From positions 25,433 through 89,432 of the forward strand of contig CAVQOS010000022.1 in the NCBI GenBank assembly GCA_963714465.1: a DNA stretch of 64,000 bases, given 5' to 3'. Shown one piece after another: positions 18,246 to 27,245 of this stretch (positions within the stretch are counted from its first letter, which is position 1; every line of letters begins with the position of its first letter). This stretch comes from an uncultured Chloroflexia bacterium (GTDB taxonomy: Bacteria > Chloroflexota > Anaerolineae > Anaerolineales > Anaerolineaceae). The notes beneath the pieces are model-generated. The model made no database searches. It saw only the letters and a program-made list of their open reading frames with translations, and had not been told where the DNA came from. The translations under genes were made by a program, and so were the position numbers.

Positions 18246-19955
18246 ATGGCAGAAAGAATTCAATGGTGGAAGAAAGCTGTGTTTTACCAGATCTACCCTC
18301 GCTCTTTTGCAGATGGCAATGGAGATGGCATTGGTGATTTTACCGGGATGATCAGCAAACTGGACATCTTGAAGGACCTCGGAATCGATGCCATCTGGCT
18401 TTCCCCACACTATCCTTCGCCGTTTGTTGATTGCGGGTACGATATCGCCGATTATGAAGATGCTGCACCCGAATACGGCGGAATGACCCAATTTAAACGA
18501 TTTCTCGAAGAAGCACACAAACGCGGGATTCGGTTGATGCTGGACCTGGTTTTGAACCATACGTCCGATCAGCATCGCTGGTTCTTCGAATCAAGCTCCT
18601 CCCTGGATAATCCCAAGCGTGACTGGTACATCTGGCGCAAGGGGAACGGTGCGAATCCGCCTAACAATTGGTATTCGACATTTGGCGGAAGCGCCTGGAC
18701 ATACGATTCGACCACCGCCGAATACTATTACCATTTCTTTTACAAAGAACAACCGGATTTGAACTGGAATAATCCCGAAGTCAAACGGGCGATGTTCGAT
18801 ATGGTTCGCTTTTGGTTGGATTTGGGCGTTGATGGTTTCCGCCTGGATGCGATCGGCACAATTTACGAGGACGAGACTTATCCCGACCAACCCGTCAGCA
18901 TGACTTTGGAAGATCTATACCGCAAGCAGCGTGAGGTCAAAACGCCTGAAGACCAGGCTGAGGTGAATAAAAACTTTGAGTTAATCTTCCAATATCAGCA
19001 CGACCAGCCTGGTGTCCACGAATTAATGAAAGAGCTGCGTGCGGTTGTGAATGAATATGATGATCGGGTAATGGTAGGCGAGACGGATGATATTGCCTTT
19101 TATGGAGATGGCAACGATGAACTTCATTTGAATTTCAATTTCCCGCTCATGCAAACCCAACGATTGACTCCACAACATGTGATAGAAAATCAGAACAACC
19201 GCTTGTCTCAACTCCCGGAAGGAGCATGGCCGTGTAATACGCTGGGCAACCATGATTCTCCCAGGATGTTGAGCAATTTTGGCGACGGTCAGAACAACGA
19301 AGTCATCGCCCGGGTAAACCTGATGCTTTTGCTGACGCTCAAAGGTACCCCTTTCCTCTACAATGGCGAAGAACTCGGCATGTCTGATGTCAAAATCACC
19401 TCCCTCAACGATTTTGTCGATCCGGTGGGGCATTTCTACTACAGGCTCGAAAAAGAGGTGATGGGCTCTGATGATGACACAGCTCTGCGCGAAGCTGCAC
19501 TACGCAGCCGCGATAGAGGCAGGTCACCGCTGCAGTGGTCCGCTGATGCGAACGCCGGTTTTTGCCCGGCAGGGGTGAAACCCTGGTTGCCGCTGAATCC
19601 GGATTATGCCGACGGGGTGAATTATGCCGATGAGGTGGGACGAGAGAACTCCATTTGGAATTATTACCGGAATATCCTGGCATTCAGAAAATCATCCCCT
19701 GCGTTGATGCTGGGAGACCAGCAATTCCGCAAAAGTGTGAATGAAAATCTTTTGGCATACACGCGAGAAGTCGAAAACGAGAAGTGCCTGATCCTCTTGA
19801 ATATGGGATCCGAGCGCCTGGAAATCAGCCTAAAGAATTATCAATTTGTGAAGTATACGAAAGTGTTTGCCACTGATTTGACGAAAGTTGAAATGGATGA
19901 AGGGAAAGCAAAGTTAAGAGGGTATTCCGGGGTGATCCTGGTGGCCCAATCGTGA
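18246..19955 (+). CDS. GH13 alpha-glucosidase / oligo-1,6-glucosidase family
   Basis: WWKKAVFYQIYPRSFADGNGDGIGDF, DLVLNHTS, GFRLDA and NHD motifs. Confidence 0.9.
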   Translation: MAERIQWWKKAVFYQIYPRSFADGNGDGIGDFTGMISKLDILKDLGIDAIWLSPHYPSPFVDCGYDIADYEDAAPEYGGMTQFKRFLEEAHKRGIRLMLDLVLNHTSDQHRWFFESSSSLDNPKRDWYIWRKGNGANPPNNWYSTFGGSAWTYDSTTAEYYYHFFYKEQPDLNWNNPEVKRAMFDMVRFWLDLGVDGFRLDAIGTIYEDETYPDQPVSMTLEDLYRKQREVKTPEDQAEVNKNFELIFQYQHDQPGVHELMKELRAVVNEYDDRVMVGETDDIAFYGDGNDELHLNFNFPLMQTQRLTPQHVIENQNNRLSQLPEGAWPCNTLGNHDSPRMLSNFGDGQNNEVIARVNLMLLLTLKGTPFLYNGEELGMSDVKITSLNDFVDPVGHFYYRLEKEVMGSDDDTALREAALRSRDRGRSPLQWSADANAGFCPAGVKPWLPLNPDYADGVNYADEVGRENSIWNYYRNILAFRKSSPALMLGDQQFRKSVNENLLAYTREVENEKCLILLNMGSERLEISLKNYQFVKYTKVFATDLTKVEMDEGKAKLRGYSGVILVAQS

Positions 19956-20036
19956 CCTTAATCAGGATGAATTAAAATTATTTATTAACTCTAAAACTGG
20001 ATATAATTAGCTGAAATTCAATTAAAGATTTGTGAA

Positions 20037-20065
20037 TTGACCGAGCCGTGCAGTGAGGGTATAAT
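20037..20065 (+). promoter_or_regulatory. sigma-70-type promoter
   Basis: TTGACC, a 17-nt spacer and TATAAT, lying 44 nt upstream of the permease ATG. Confidence 0.6.
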
Positions 20066-20108
20066 TTGTCGCCATTAATTTTGCAAATATACCGGTGATT
20101 GAGATAGT

Positions 20109-22055
20109 ATGAATATCGAAGAAAAGAACGGAACGGTCGTTTTTAAGCGAACAACTGAATACAAACCAGGCAAAGACTGGCGTAACTATTTAATCGGACG
20201 CCCCCTCCAAACAGCAGATGCACCCCACCAGACCATCGGTAAGCTGCTTGGGTTGGCAGTTTTTTCGTCTGACGCGTTATCTTCTGTCGCGTACGCTCCG
20301 CAGGAGCTTTTTCTCGTTCTTTCGATCGCCGGCGCCACCGCTTTTCACCTGGCGTTGCCAATAGCCATCGTGATCTGCGTGCTATTGGGGATTCTGACCC
20401 TTTCATACGAGCAGACCATCCACGCATACCCAGGCGGGGGTGGTGCCTATATTGTGGCGCGGGATAACCTGGGTGAGCTACCTGCATTGATTGCCGGGTC
20501 AGCGCTTCTGATGGATTACATTTTGACCGTTGCTGTTTCCATTTCATCGGGCGTTGCTCAACTTGTTTCTGCTTATCCCATTCTTTTTGATCAACGCGTT
20601 TTGATCGGTGTGGTCATGGTGGCATTCATCATGTTGATCAATATGCGGGGAGTTAAAGAATCGGGCATATTGTTTGCGATCCCAACTTATTTCTTCCTCA
20701 TCATGATATACATTACTGTGGTCGTTGGTTTGATTCGCCTGGCTGGCGGCACGTTGGGCACGGTGGTGAATCCGCCCATGGATATTATGGTTCAGAACAC
20801 GATCCTGCAGCCGATCACTCTTTTCCTCATTTTGAAAGCATTTTCTTCAGGTACGACTGCATTAACGGGTGTTGAAGCCATCTCAAACGGGATCACAGCC
20901 TTTAAAAAACCAGCCAGTAAAAATGCCGGTCAGACGCTGATCATGATGGCAATCATTCTGAGCTCTCTCCTGTTGGCAATTACGTTTCTCGGTACCAAAA
21001 TTGGAGGGCTTCCCTCTGAAGACGAGACATTGATCTCCCAGCTTGCTCGGACCGTGTTCAATTCACGTGGAATTTTATATATCGGAACAATTTCATCAAC
21101 GACGGTCATTTTGATGATGGCGGCAAATACTGCATTTGCTGATTTTCCCCGGTTATCTGCTTTGATTGCGGCAGATGGCTTTATCCCCCGTCAATTTGCG
21201 TATCGTGGCAGCCGATTGGTCTATTCTCGCGGTATCGCGGCGCTTGCAGTGGTCGCCAGCCTTTTGATCATTGCTTTTCAGGCGAGTGTTTCGAAGCTAA
21301 TTCCGCTTTATGCCGTCGGTGTATTTTTGTCTTTTACACTTTCGCAAGCTGGAATGGCGCATCGTTGGTTCAAATCGGGAAAGATTAAAGCAGGTCAGGA
21401 AATTGTCGAAAGGGGATCGACTTTACGATTTGATTCCCATTGGCTATTTAAGATGCTTACCAACGGTTTAGGATCTGTGAGTACGCTTCTGGTATTGAGC
21501 ATCTTTGCGGTGACCAAATTCACCGCGGGTGCATGGATCGTAATCTTGCTGCTTCCCATCATTGTCACGATTCTGCTTGTGATTCATAAAAACTATGATG
21601 TACTTGCGAAAGAGCTTTCGCTCGAACACATTACCCCGCGGGGACGAATCACCCACCAACGCATTATTATGCCCATTGGAGGGGTCCACCAGGGAACCTT
21701 GACCGCGTTGCGATATGCAAAGACGCTCTCGGACGATATCACCGTGGTGCATGTTTCAATCGATGAGCAAGAAACTCAAAAAATCGTTGAAAAGTGGGAA
21801 CAATGGGGCGATGGTTACCGGCTGGTGGTTCTCGACTCGCCTTATCGTTTGTTTATTGAACCCCTGCTTGAGTATATCGACGAAATGGAAGCCCAAAAGC
21901 AGCCGAACGATGTGATCAACATAGTCGTCCCGCAATTCGTTCCGCGATCCTGGTTTGCAAACCTTCTGCATACTCGCACAGCAGATACTTTGCGCAGGGT
22001 GTTGCTTAATCGGAAAGATATTGTTATTTTGGAAGTACCCTACCAGGTTGACTAG
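20109..22055 (+). CDS. APC-superfamily permease with a cytoplasmic C-terminal domain
   Basis: About 12 predicted TM helices are followed by a soluble tail of about 170 aa. The protein is 648 aa. Confidence 0.8.
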   Translation: MNIEEKNGTVVFKRTTEYKPGKDWRNYLIGRPLQTADAPHQTIGKLLGLAVFSSDALSSVAYAPQELFLVLSIAGATAFHLALPIAIVICVLLGILTLSYEQTIHAYPGGGGAYIVARDNLGELPALIAGSALLMDYILTVAVSISSGVAQLVSAYPILFDQRVLIGVVMVAFIMLINMRGVKESGILFAIPTYFFLIMIYITVVVGLIRLAGGTLGTVVNPPMDIMVQNTILQPITLFLILKAFSSGTTALTGVEAISNGITAFKKPASKNAGQTLIMMAIILSSLLLAITFLGTKIGGLPSEDETLISQLARTVFNSRGILYIGTISSTTVILMMAANTAFADFPRLSALIAADGFIPRQFAYRGSRLVYSRGIAALAVVASLLIIAFQASVSKLIPLYAVGVFLSFTLSQAGMAHRWFKSGKIKAGQEIVERGSTLRFDSHWLFKMLTNGLGSVSTLLVLSIFAVTKFTAGAWIVILLLPIIVTILLVIHKNYDVLAKELSLEHITPRGRITHQRIIMPIGGVHQGTLTALRYAKTLSDDITVVHVSIDEQETQKIVEKWEQWGDGYRLVVLDSPYRLFIEPLLEYIDEMEAQKQPNDVINIVVPQFVPRSWFANLLHTRTADTLRRVLLNRKDIVILEVPYQVD

Positions 22056-22076
22056 TCAGGGTAAAGAGGATTATCG

Positions 22077-22736
22077 ATGAAAATTATTGTGGTTGGTTGC
22101 GGCAGGATTGGGGTTGAGTTGGCCTACAATCTTTACAAACGCGGACATGAAGTGTCGGTGATAGATTCAGTACCGGCGGCTTTGAATAATCTACCTGGCG
22201 ATTTCAACGGCAGAACCCAGGAGGGAGATGCGTTGAACCAGGATGTGCTCGAACGATCGGGTATTAAGACCTGCGACGCCCTGGCAGCAGTCACCAATTC
22301 TGATGCCTTAAACGTAGCGGTCAGTCATGTGGCAAAAGTGTTTTACCATGTGCCAAATGTCATCGCGCGAAATTATGACCCCCACATCCGGGCTGTATTC
22401 GAAGCGTTCAATATTCAGGATGTCAGCTCCACTGCCTGGGGTGCCCAGCGCGTGGAGGAACTGCTTTATCATACGGATGCAAAAACAGTCTTTTCTGCAG
22501 GAAATGGCGAGATCGAAGTCTATGAGCTTACGATTCCTGAGGCGTGGGATGGCCATCCTTTGAAAGACTTGATGCCTTGTGGCGATTGCAGGGCAATCGC
22601 TTTGACACATGCAGGGCGCGCGATTTTACCTGATTCGGACACGATCGTTTATGCGGGAGATATTTTGAACGTTGCTGCAACTTTTGATGGTATCGAGACC
22701 ACACGCTCTTACATCGAAAAGGGAAAGGTGGCCTGA
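22077..22736 (+). CDS. TrkA-type RCK protein (TrkA-N plus TrkA-C)
   Basis: MKIIVVGCGRIGVELAYNL is a Rossmann motif, and a C-terminal TrkA-C-like domain follows. Confidence 0.85.
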   Translation: MKIIVVGCGRIGVELAYNLYKRGHEVSVIDSVPAALNNLPGDFNGRTQEGDALNQDVLERSGIKTCDALAAVTNSDALNVAVSHVAKVFYHVPNVIARNYDPHIRAVFEAFNIQDVSSTAWGAQRVEELLYHTDAKTVFSAGNGEIEVYELTIPEAWDGHPLKDLMPCGDCRAIALTHAGRAILPDSDTIVYAGDILNVAATFDGIETTRSYIEKGKVA

Positions 22737-22737
22737 T

Positions 22738-23418
22738 ATGTTTGTAGTGATAGCCGGTGGTGGAAGAACAGGCGCACAGCTTGCGCATTATTTGATCAAC
22801 GAAGACCACAAAGTGCATGTGGTCGAGAACCGCAAGGACGTTTTGAGCCGGATTCACAAAGAACTCCCGACCGAGATCATCTTTGAAGGGAATCCATTGG
22901 ATCCGACGGTGCTTGAACAGGCAGGCATCCGTGAAGCGCAGGTATTCGCTGCAACACTTACCGCGGATGAAGGCAATTTATCGATGTGCTATTTTGTGCG
23001 TGAAATATTCCATACACCCAGGACCATTGCACGTGTAAATAATCCACGTAATGCCTGGCTTTTTGACGAGAAATTTCACGTCGATGTGGCGGTCAACCAG
23101 GCCGAGATCCTTTCCCGCTTGATCCAGGAAGAAATGTCGCTGGGTGATATGATGACCCTGCTGCATCTTCGAAAAGGAAAATACTCTGTGGTCGAGGAAA
23201 AAATTCCGCCCAATGCAAAGGCGGTGGGTGTGGCGATCATGGATATGAAACTGCCCGAAAATTGTGTCATCGCAGCCATTATCCGCCAGGGTGAAGTGGT
23301 TGTTCCCCGGGGTATTACGCAGTTTGAAGTCGATGACGAAGTCATTGCGGTAACGGATAAAGAAGGCGCGCAGCAGCTTTCCGTGCTTTTTTCGCCTCCT
23401 TCGCGTTCCAGCAATTAA
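22738..23418 (+). CDS. TrkA-type RCK protein (second copy)
   Basis: MFVVIAGGGRTGAQLAHYL. The ATG at 22738 follows the upstream stop in the sequence TGATATG. Confidence 0.85.
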   Translation: MFVVIAGGGRTGAQLAHYLINEDHKVHVVENRKDVLSRIHKELPTEIIFEGNPLDPTVLEQAGIREAQVFAATLTADEGNLSMCYFVREIFHTPRTIARVNNPRNAWLFDEKFHVDVAVNQAEILSRLIQEEMSLGDMMTLLHLRKGKYSVVEEKIPPNAKAVGVAIMDMKLPENCVIAAIIRQGEVVVPRGITQFEVDDEVIAVTDKEGAQQLSVLFSPPSRSSN

Positions 23419-23436
23419 CAGTTCCAGCAATTAACC

Positions 23437-23465
23437 TAGACCATCAGGCATCCTTGGGTTATAAT
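23437..23465 (+). promoter_or_regulatory. possible promoter of rpmH
   Basis: TAGACC, a 17-nt spacer and TATAAT. Confidence 0.4.
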
Positions 23466-23511
23466 AAGCACCTTGCATCAATATATTCATTAGTTTTTGA
23501 GAGGAAGTAGA

Positions 23512-23682
23512 ATGCCAAAACGGACCTATCAACCGAGAATTCGCCGCCGAGTGCGTGTGCATGGTTTTCGTTCTCGCATGGAAACTGCAGATGGACGTGA
23601 AGTATTGAAACGCCGCCGTGCCAAGGGTCGTCACCAATTGACCGTCACCATGAACAATCATGTCAAACATATTAAGTGGTAA
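23512..23682 (+). CDS. rpmH: 50S ribosomal protein L34
   Basis: [23 protein letters not shown]...RRRAKGR. The protein has an unusual extra tail of about 11 aa. Confidence 0.9.
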   Translation: MPKRTYQPRIRRRVRVHGFRSRMETADGREVLKRRRAKGRHQLTVTMNNHVKHIKW

Positions 23683-23753
23683 AAAACCGATCTAAACCCA
23701 GTGCCCAGGGCAGCGGATGGTTAAAAGAGGTCTGAAAATCGGGCAGGGATTAG

Positions 23754-24101
23754 GTGAATCGAAAGTATCGAATAGTTCGAGATACCGATTTCAAGCGGGT
23801 GCGGGGTTTAGGAAGATCAACTGCCCACCCGCTTGTTGTGTTGGTAACGATGGATGGCGAGGCTGAGAACGCCAGGGTTGGGATCATTACTTCGAAGAGC
23901 ATTGGAGGCGCTGTGCAGAGAAATCGCGCACGCCGCCAACTGCGCGCAATTCTTTCAACATTACTGCCAAAGATCACCAAAAACGTCGACATTCTTCTCA
24001 TTGCACGCAAACCCATCCGGGATGCACAATTCTATGATATATACAATGCAGTAGAACAACTGCTTGTACGGGCAAAGTGTTTGGAAAATAATGACGACTA
24101 A
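23754..24101 (+). CDS. rnpA: ribonuclease P protein component
   Basis: It lies directly after rpmH. It is a basic 115-aa protein with RNRARRQLR. The start is GTG. Confidence 0.85.
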   Translation: MNRKYRIVRDTDFKRVRGLGRSTAHPLVVLVTMDGEAENARVGIITSKSIGGAVQRNRARRQLRAILSTLLPKITKNVDILLIARKPIRDAQFYDIYNAVEQLLVRAKCLENNDD

Positions 24102-24378
24102 TGAAGATCAGGAAGCAGTAAAAGAACCTCGGCTAAGGGATTTGCATTTTACGCTTTTCAATATCCCGCGCTGGATTTTGTTGGCTCTCATCCGTGGATA
24201 CCAGGCAGTGATTTCTCCCACGCTGCCGCCGGATACCTGCCGGTTTTACCCTTCATGTTCACATTATGGGTATCAGGCGATTTATAAATACGGCGCCATT
24301 AAAGGCGGAGTCATGACGGTTTGGCGCGTTCTCAGGTGTAATCCTTTTAATCCGGGTGGTTTTGACCCGGTTCCGTAA
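24091..24378 (+). CDS. yidD: membrane protein insertion efficiency factor YidD
   Basis: [28 protein letters not shown]...[14 protein letters not shown]. Confidence 0.9.
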   Translation: MTTNEDQEAVKEPRLRDLHFTLFNIPRWILLALIRGYQAVISPTLPPDTCRFYPSCSHYGYQAIYKYGAIKGGVMTVWRVLRCNPFNPGGFDPVP

Positions 24379-24436
24379 GATCGATCCAATTCAGGTATAA
24401 TCAACGCTAACCCAATGAATAAGGGAATTTGAAAGT

Positions 24437-25489
24437 ATGAAAAAGAATATACTCCCATTGCTATCTACAATCCTGCTGGTAGGGATCCTGCTTTCTGCTT
24501 GTACAACCGGTTCTACATCAAGCAGTTGGGGGGGCGCGACCTTGTCGGATTCGGCAGTTTATTATGCAGGCGGCACAAAGGTGTTTGCCCTGAGACCCGA
24601 TAATGGCAACGTTATCTGGTCATACCCCGAAAAACCTGCAACCGGTCAATTAATTCTTGCTGCCCCGGTAGTCGCCGGGGAACAGGTCATCGTAGGCGAC
24701 TATGCCAATGGCTTGACGAGCCTCAAACCGACGGATGGTTCAGTTAATTGGACATTTGCCGGGGCAAAAGGAAAATATGTCGGGAGTCCATTAATCACTC
24801 CAGATTTGATCATCGCACCCAATGCCGACAACAACTTGTATGCACTGGACTTGCAGGGAAAGCTCAAATGGACTTTTACGGCAGCCCATTCCTTCTGGTC
24901 TCAACCGGTGACCGATGGAAAGACTGTATTTGCTTCCTCCCTCGACCACTTCCTTTATGCAGTCAACCTGCAAACAGGAGAACTCGTTTGGAAGGTGGAT
25001 CTGGGCGCTTCACTGGTTTCTGCTCCCCTGTATGACAATGGGGTTTTATACCAGGGCACCATTGTTGGCAATATGAATGCGGTAGATGCTGCGACTGGCA
25101 AGGTCAAGTGGACACAAAAAACAGACGCGGGCATCTGGTCAGCGCCGGTTCTCGCTGATGGAAAGCTCTATTTTGGTGACCAAACCTCCAAGGTCTATAT
25201 TATGAATACGACTGATGGCAGTCTTGACCAGTCCATCGATGTAGGCGCGGGGGTCATCGGCAATGGCGTTGCATTGAAAGAAGGAATCGCATTTGGCACT
25301 GAAAAAGGCGACCTTGTGCTGATTTCATTGGATGGAACGAAATTGTGGACCCATACAATTGGCGGGAAACTTTACTCGAATCTCACCGCGAATTCGTCCT
25401 TGATTCTTGTTGTAGAAACTCAAGGCGATAAACCATTAGTCGCACTCGATACTAATGGAACCGAACAATGGTATTTTGCTGGCAAATAA
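24437..25489 (+). CDS. PQQ-like beta-propeller repeat lipoprotein (BamB-like fold)
   Basis: The lipobox is LSAC. Repeated W..........P.....V..G motifs are typical of PQQ-like propellers. Confidence 0.75.
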   Translation: MKKNILPLLSTILLVGILLSACTTGSTSSSWGGATLSDSAVYYAGGTKVFALRPDNGNVIWSYPEKPATGQLILAAPVVAGEQVIVGDYANGLTSLKPTDGSVNWTFAGAKGKYVGSPLITPDLIIAPNADNNLYALDLQGKLKWTFTAAHSFWSQPVTDGKTVFASSLDHFLYAVNLQTGELVWKVDLGASLVSAPLYDNGVLYQGTIVGNMNAVDAATGKVKWTQKTDAGIWSAPVLADGKLYFGDQTSKVYIMNTTDGSLDQSIDVGAGVIGNGVALKEGIAFGTEKGDLVLISLDGTKLWTHTIGGKLYSNLTANSSLILVVETQGDKPLVALDTNGTEQWYFAGK

Positions 25490-25503
25490 GGATGGAATAG
25501 ACT

Positions 25504-26370
25504 ATGTGGGATTCAATCATCATCACCCCATTTATCAATTTTTTGCTCTGGATTTACAGCCTTATCGGTAATTTTGGCGTCGCGATTATCATTTTCACCG
25601 CGCTTACCCGCGTGGTTTTGTATCCGCTGACGGCAAAACAAATTAAGAGCTCCCAGGCAATGCAAGAGCTGCAGAAAAATCCACGCTATAAAGAAATTCA
25701 AACAAAGTACAAAGACGACAAGGAAAAACTATCACAAGAGCAGATGAAACTCTACCAGGAGTTGAAAATCAATCCGCTCTCCTCTTGTCTGCCAACCGTG
25801 ATCCAGTTCCCGATCATCATCGGGCTTTACCAGGCATTGATCCAAGCACTGGCTACAGCCCCGATCGATATGCTCAAACTAACCCGCCATATCTACCCAG
25901 GGTTTCTCGATATTGCTAACTTACTGCCTTTGAACAGCAAATTCCTTTGGATGGATATGGGTTCACCTGAAAGAGTTTTCATCCCCGGATTGTCTTTTGG
26001 TATCCCTGTGCTGGCAGTCATCGTAGTCATTACAACCTATGTTTCAACTAAAATCATCTCGCCGCCAACAACGCCGGGTGATGGTGGTCAGGGCGCAATG
26101 ATGACCAATATGATGAACATTTACATGCCGTTGCTGATGGGCTGGCTGGCATGGACCCTTTCATCCGGTTTGGCGCTTTATTTCGTTGTACAAAACGTGA
26201 TTCAAATACTACAATATGCAGTGACCGGTAAAGTTTATTGGAGCAACTTGCTGCCAAAATCAAGGACGACCACGCCGACCAAGACGACCACGCCGACCAA
26301 GTCGACCACGCCGACCAAGTCGACCAAGTCGACCAAGCCGACCAGTCAGATTACGAAAAAAAGAGTTTAG
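25504..26370 (+). CDS. yidC: YidC/Oxa1-family membrane protein insertase
   Basis: FGVAIIIFTALTRVVLYPLTAKQIKS. It lies between yidD and jag. The basic Thr/Pro/Lys-rich tail is encoded by a tandem repeat. Confidence 0.9.
   Translation: MWDSIIITPFINFLLWIYSLIGNFGVAIIIFTALTRVVLYPLTAKQIKSSQAMQELQKNPRYKEIQTKYKDDKEKLSQEQMKLYQELKINPLSSCLPTVIQFPIIIGLYQALIQALATAPIDMLKLTRHIYPGFLDIANLLPLNSKFLWMDMGSPERVFIPGLSFGIPVLAVIVVITTYVSTKIISPPTTPGDGGQGAMMTNMMNIYMPLLMGWLAWTLSSGLALYFVVQNVIQILQYAVTGKVYWSNLLPKSRTTTPTKTTTPTKSTTPTKSTKSTKPTSQITKKRV
26266..26345 (+). repeat. in-frame tandem repeat (18-nt unit x3, then 9-nt half units)
   Basis: acgaccacgccgaccaag x2, tcgaccacgccgaccaag, tcgaccaag x2, then ccgaccag. This encodes TTTPTKTTTPTKSTTPTKSTKSTKPT. 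Confidence 0.9.
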
Positions 26371-26390
26371 TCCTTTAAATTGAGGTGAAC

Positions 26391-27140
26391 ATGAACGAAG
26401 AAAAAACGACGCTTGAGATCATAGCCCCCTCTGTTGACGAAGCGGTTGCGCGAGGTTTGGAACAATTGGGATTAAGCAAAGAAGCTGTAGAGGTCGAAGT
26501 TCTGGATACGGGCAGCAAAGGAATTTTGGGAATCGGCGGACGCCAATCACGGATTCGCATTTCCATAAAAGGACAACCTCAACCAGCGACTACAACCGAA
26601 GCCGTCACTTCTGAAGCGTTTGAATCAAAAGTCAACGTTACGCCTGATGCAGATCTCACTGAGGATGATCGGAATACACTGAAAGTCGCCAAAGATATCG
26701 TTTTTGAACTTCTCGTGCGGATGAAAGTCAAAGCCGAGCTCACATCCTATTTTGTGGAACCAGAGGATGAAAATGATGAGCGCATGGTGATGGTGGATAT
26801 TCAAGGCAACGATTTGAGTATCCTTATAGGACGCCGTTCTGAAACGTTGAATGCCCTGCAATACATTTCCAGCTTGATCGTCAGCAAGGAGTTGGGAAAA
26901 TGGGTACCACTCATGATCGACGTGCAGGGATACAGGCAGCGCCGGGAACGGCAGTTGCGCCAGTTGGGTCGCAAAATGGCTGACCAGGCTGTCCAAACTG
27001 GTAAACGTCAAATCCTGGAACCCATGCCCGCAAATGAGCGCCGTATCGTCCACCTTGAATTGCGCAATCACCCATCGGTAACCACTGAGAGCACAGGCGA
27101 AGAACCCTTCCGCAAAGTGACGATTTTACCCAAAAAGTAA
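26391..27140 (+). CDS. Jag/KhpB RNA-binding protein (KH plus R3H)
   Basis: The N-terminal Jag_N domain begins EIIAPSVDEAV, and the C-terminal R3H domain has ERRIVHLEL. It follows yidC. The ATG at 26391 is preferred over the GTG at 26385 because of the TGAGG RBS. Confidence 0.85.
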   Translation: MNEEKTTLEIIAPSVDEAVARGLEQLGLSKEAVEVEVLDTGSKGILGIGGRQSRIRISIKGQPQPATTTEAVTSEAFESKVNVTPDADLTEDDRNTLKVAKDIVFELLVRMKVKAELTSYFVEPEDENDERMVMVDIQGNDLSILIGRRSETLNALQYISSLIVSKELGKWVPLMIDVQGYRQRRERQLRQLGRKMADQAVQTGKRQILEPMPANERRIVHLELRNHPSVTTESTGEEPFRKVTILPKK

Positions 27141-27157
27141 TCATTTTATGAGAAATC

Positions 27158-27192
27158 AACGGCCAGGCGTATTTAGCCTGGCCGTTTTGTTG
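27158..27192 (+). terminator. intrinsic terminator after jag
   Basis: aacggccaggc / gcctggccgtt form a perfect 11-bp stem followed by ttgttg. Confidence 0.75.
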
Positions 27193-27245
27193 ATTATTGG
27201 GGGTTTATAATTGAAGTTGTCTTTTTTACTACAACGGGAGAAATT

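Noticed and set aside
22077-23418. The two adjacent trkA genes as halves of a frameshifted single long trkA.
   Set aside because: Each encodes a complete TrkA-N plus TrkA-C unit with its own start. The junction is a clean TGA-T-ATG. Separate paired genes are known, for example ceoB and ceoC.
26266-26345. The short tandem repeat as a CRISPR-like or minisatellite element.
   Set aside because: The units are contiguous with no spacers, in frame and inside yidC. It is a coding repeat.
23419-27245. Possible replication origin, because rpmH-rnpA-yidC-jag usually sits next to dnaA/oriC.
   Set aside because: There is no dnaA gene and no cluster of DnaA boxes. The only TGTGGATAA I noticed is inside yifB at about 6977. 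The upstream neighbour is trkA on the same strand.
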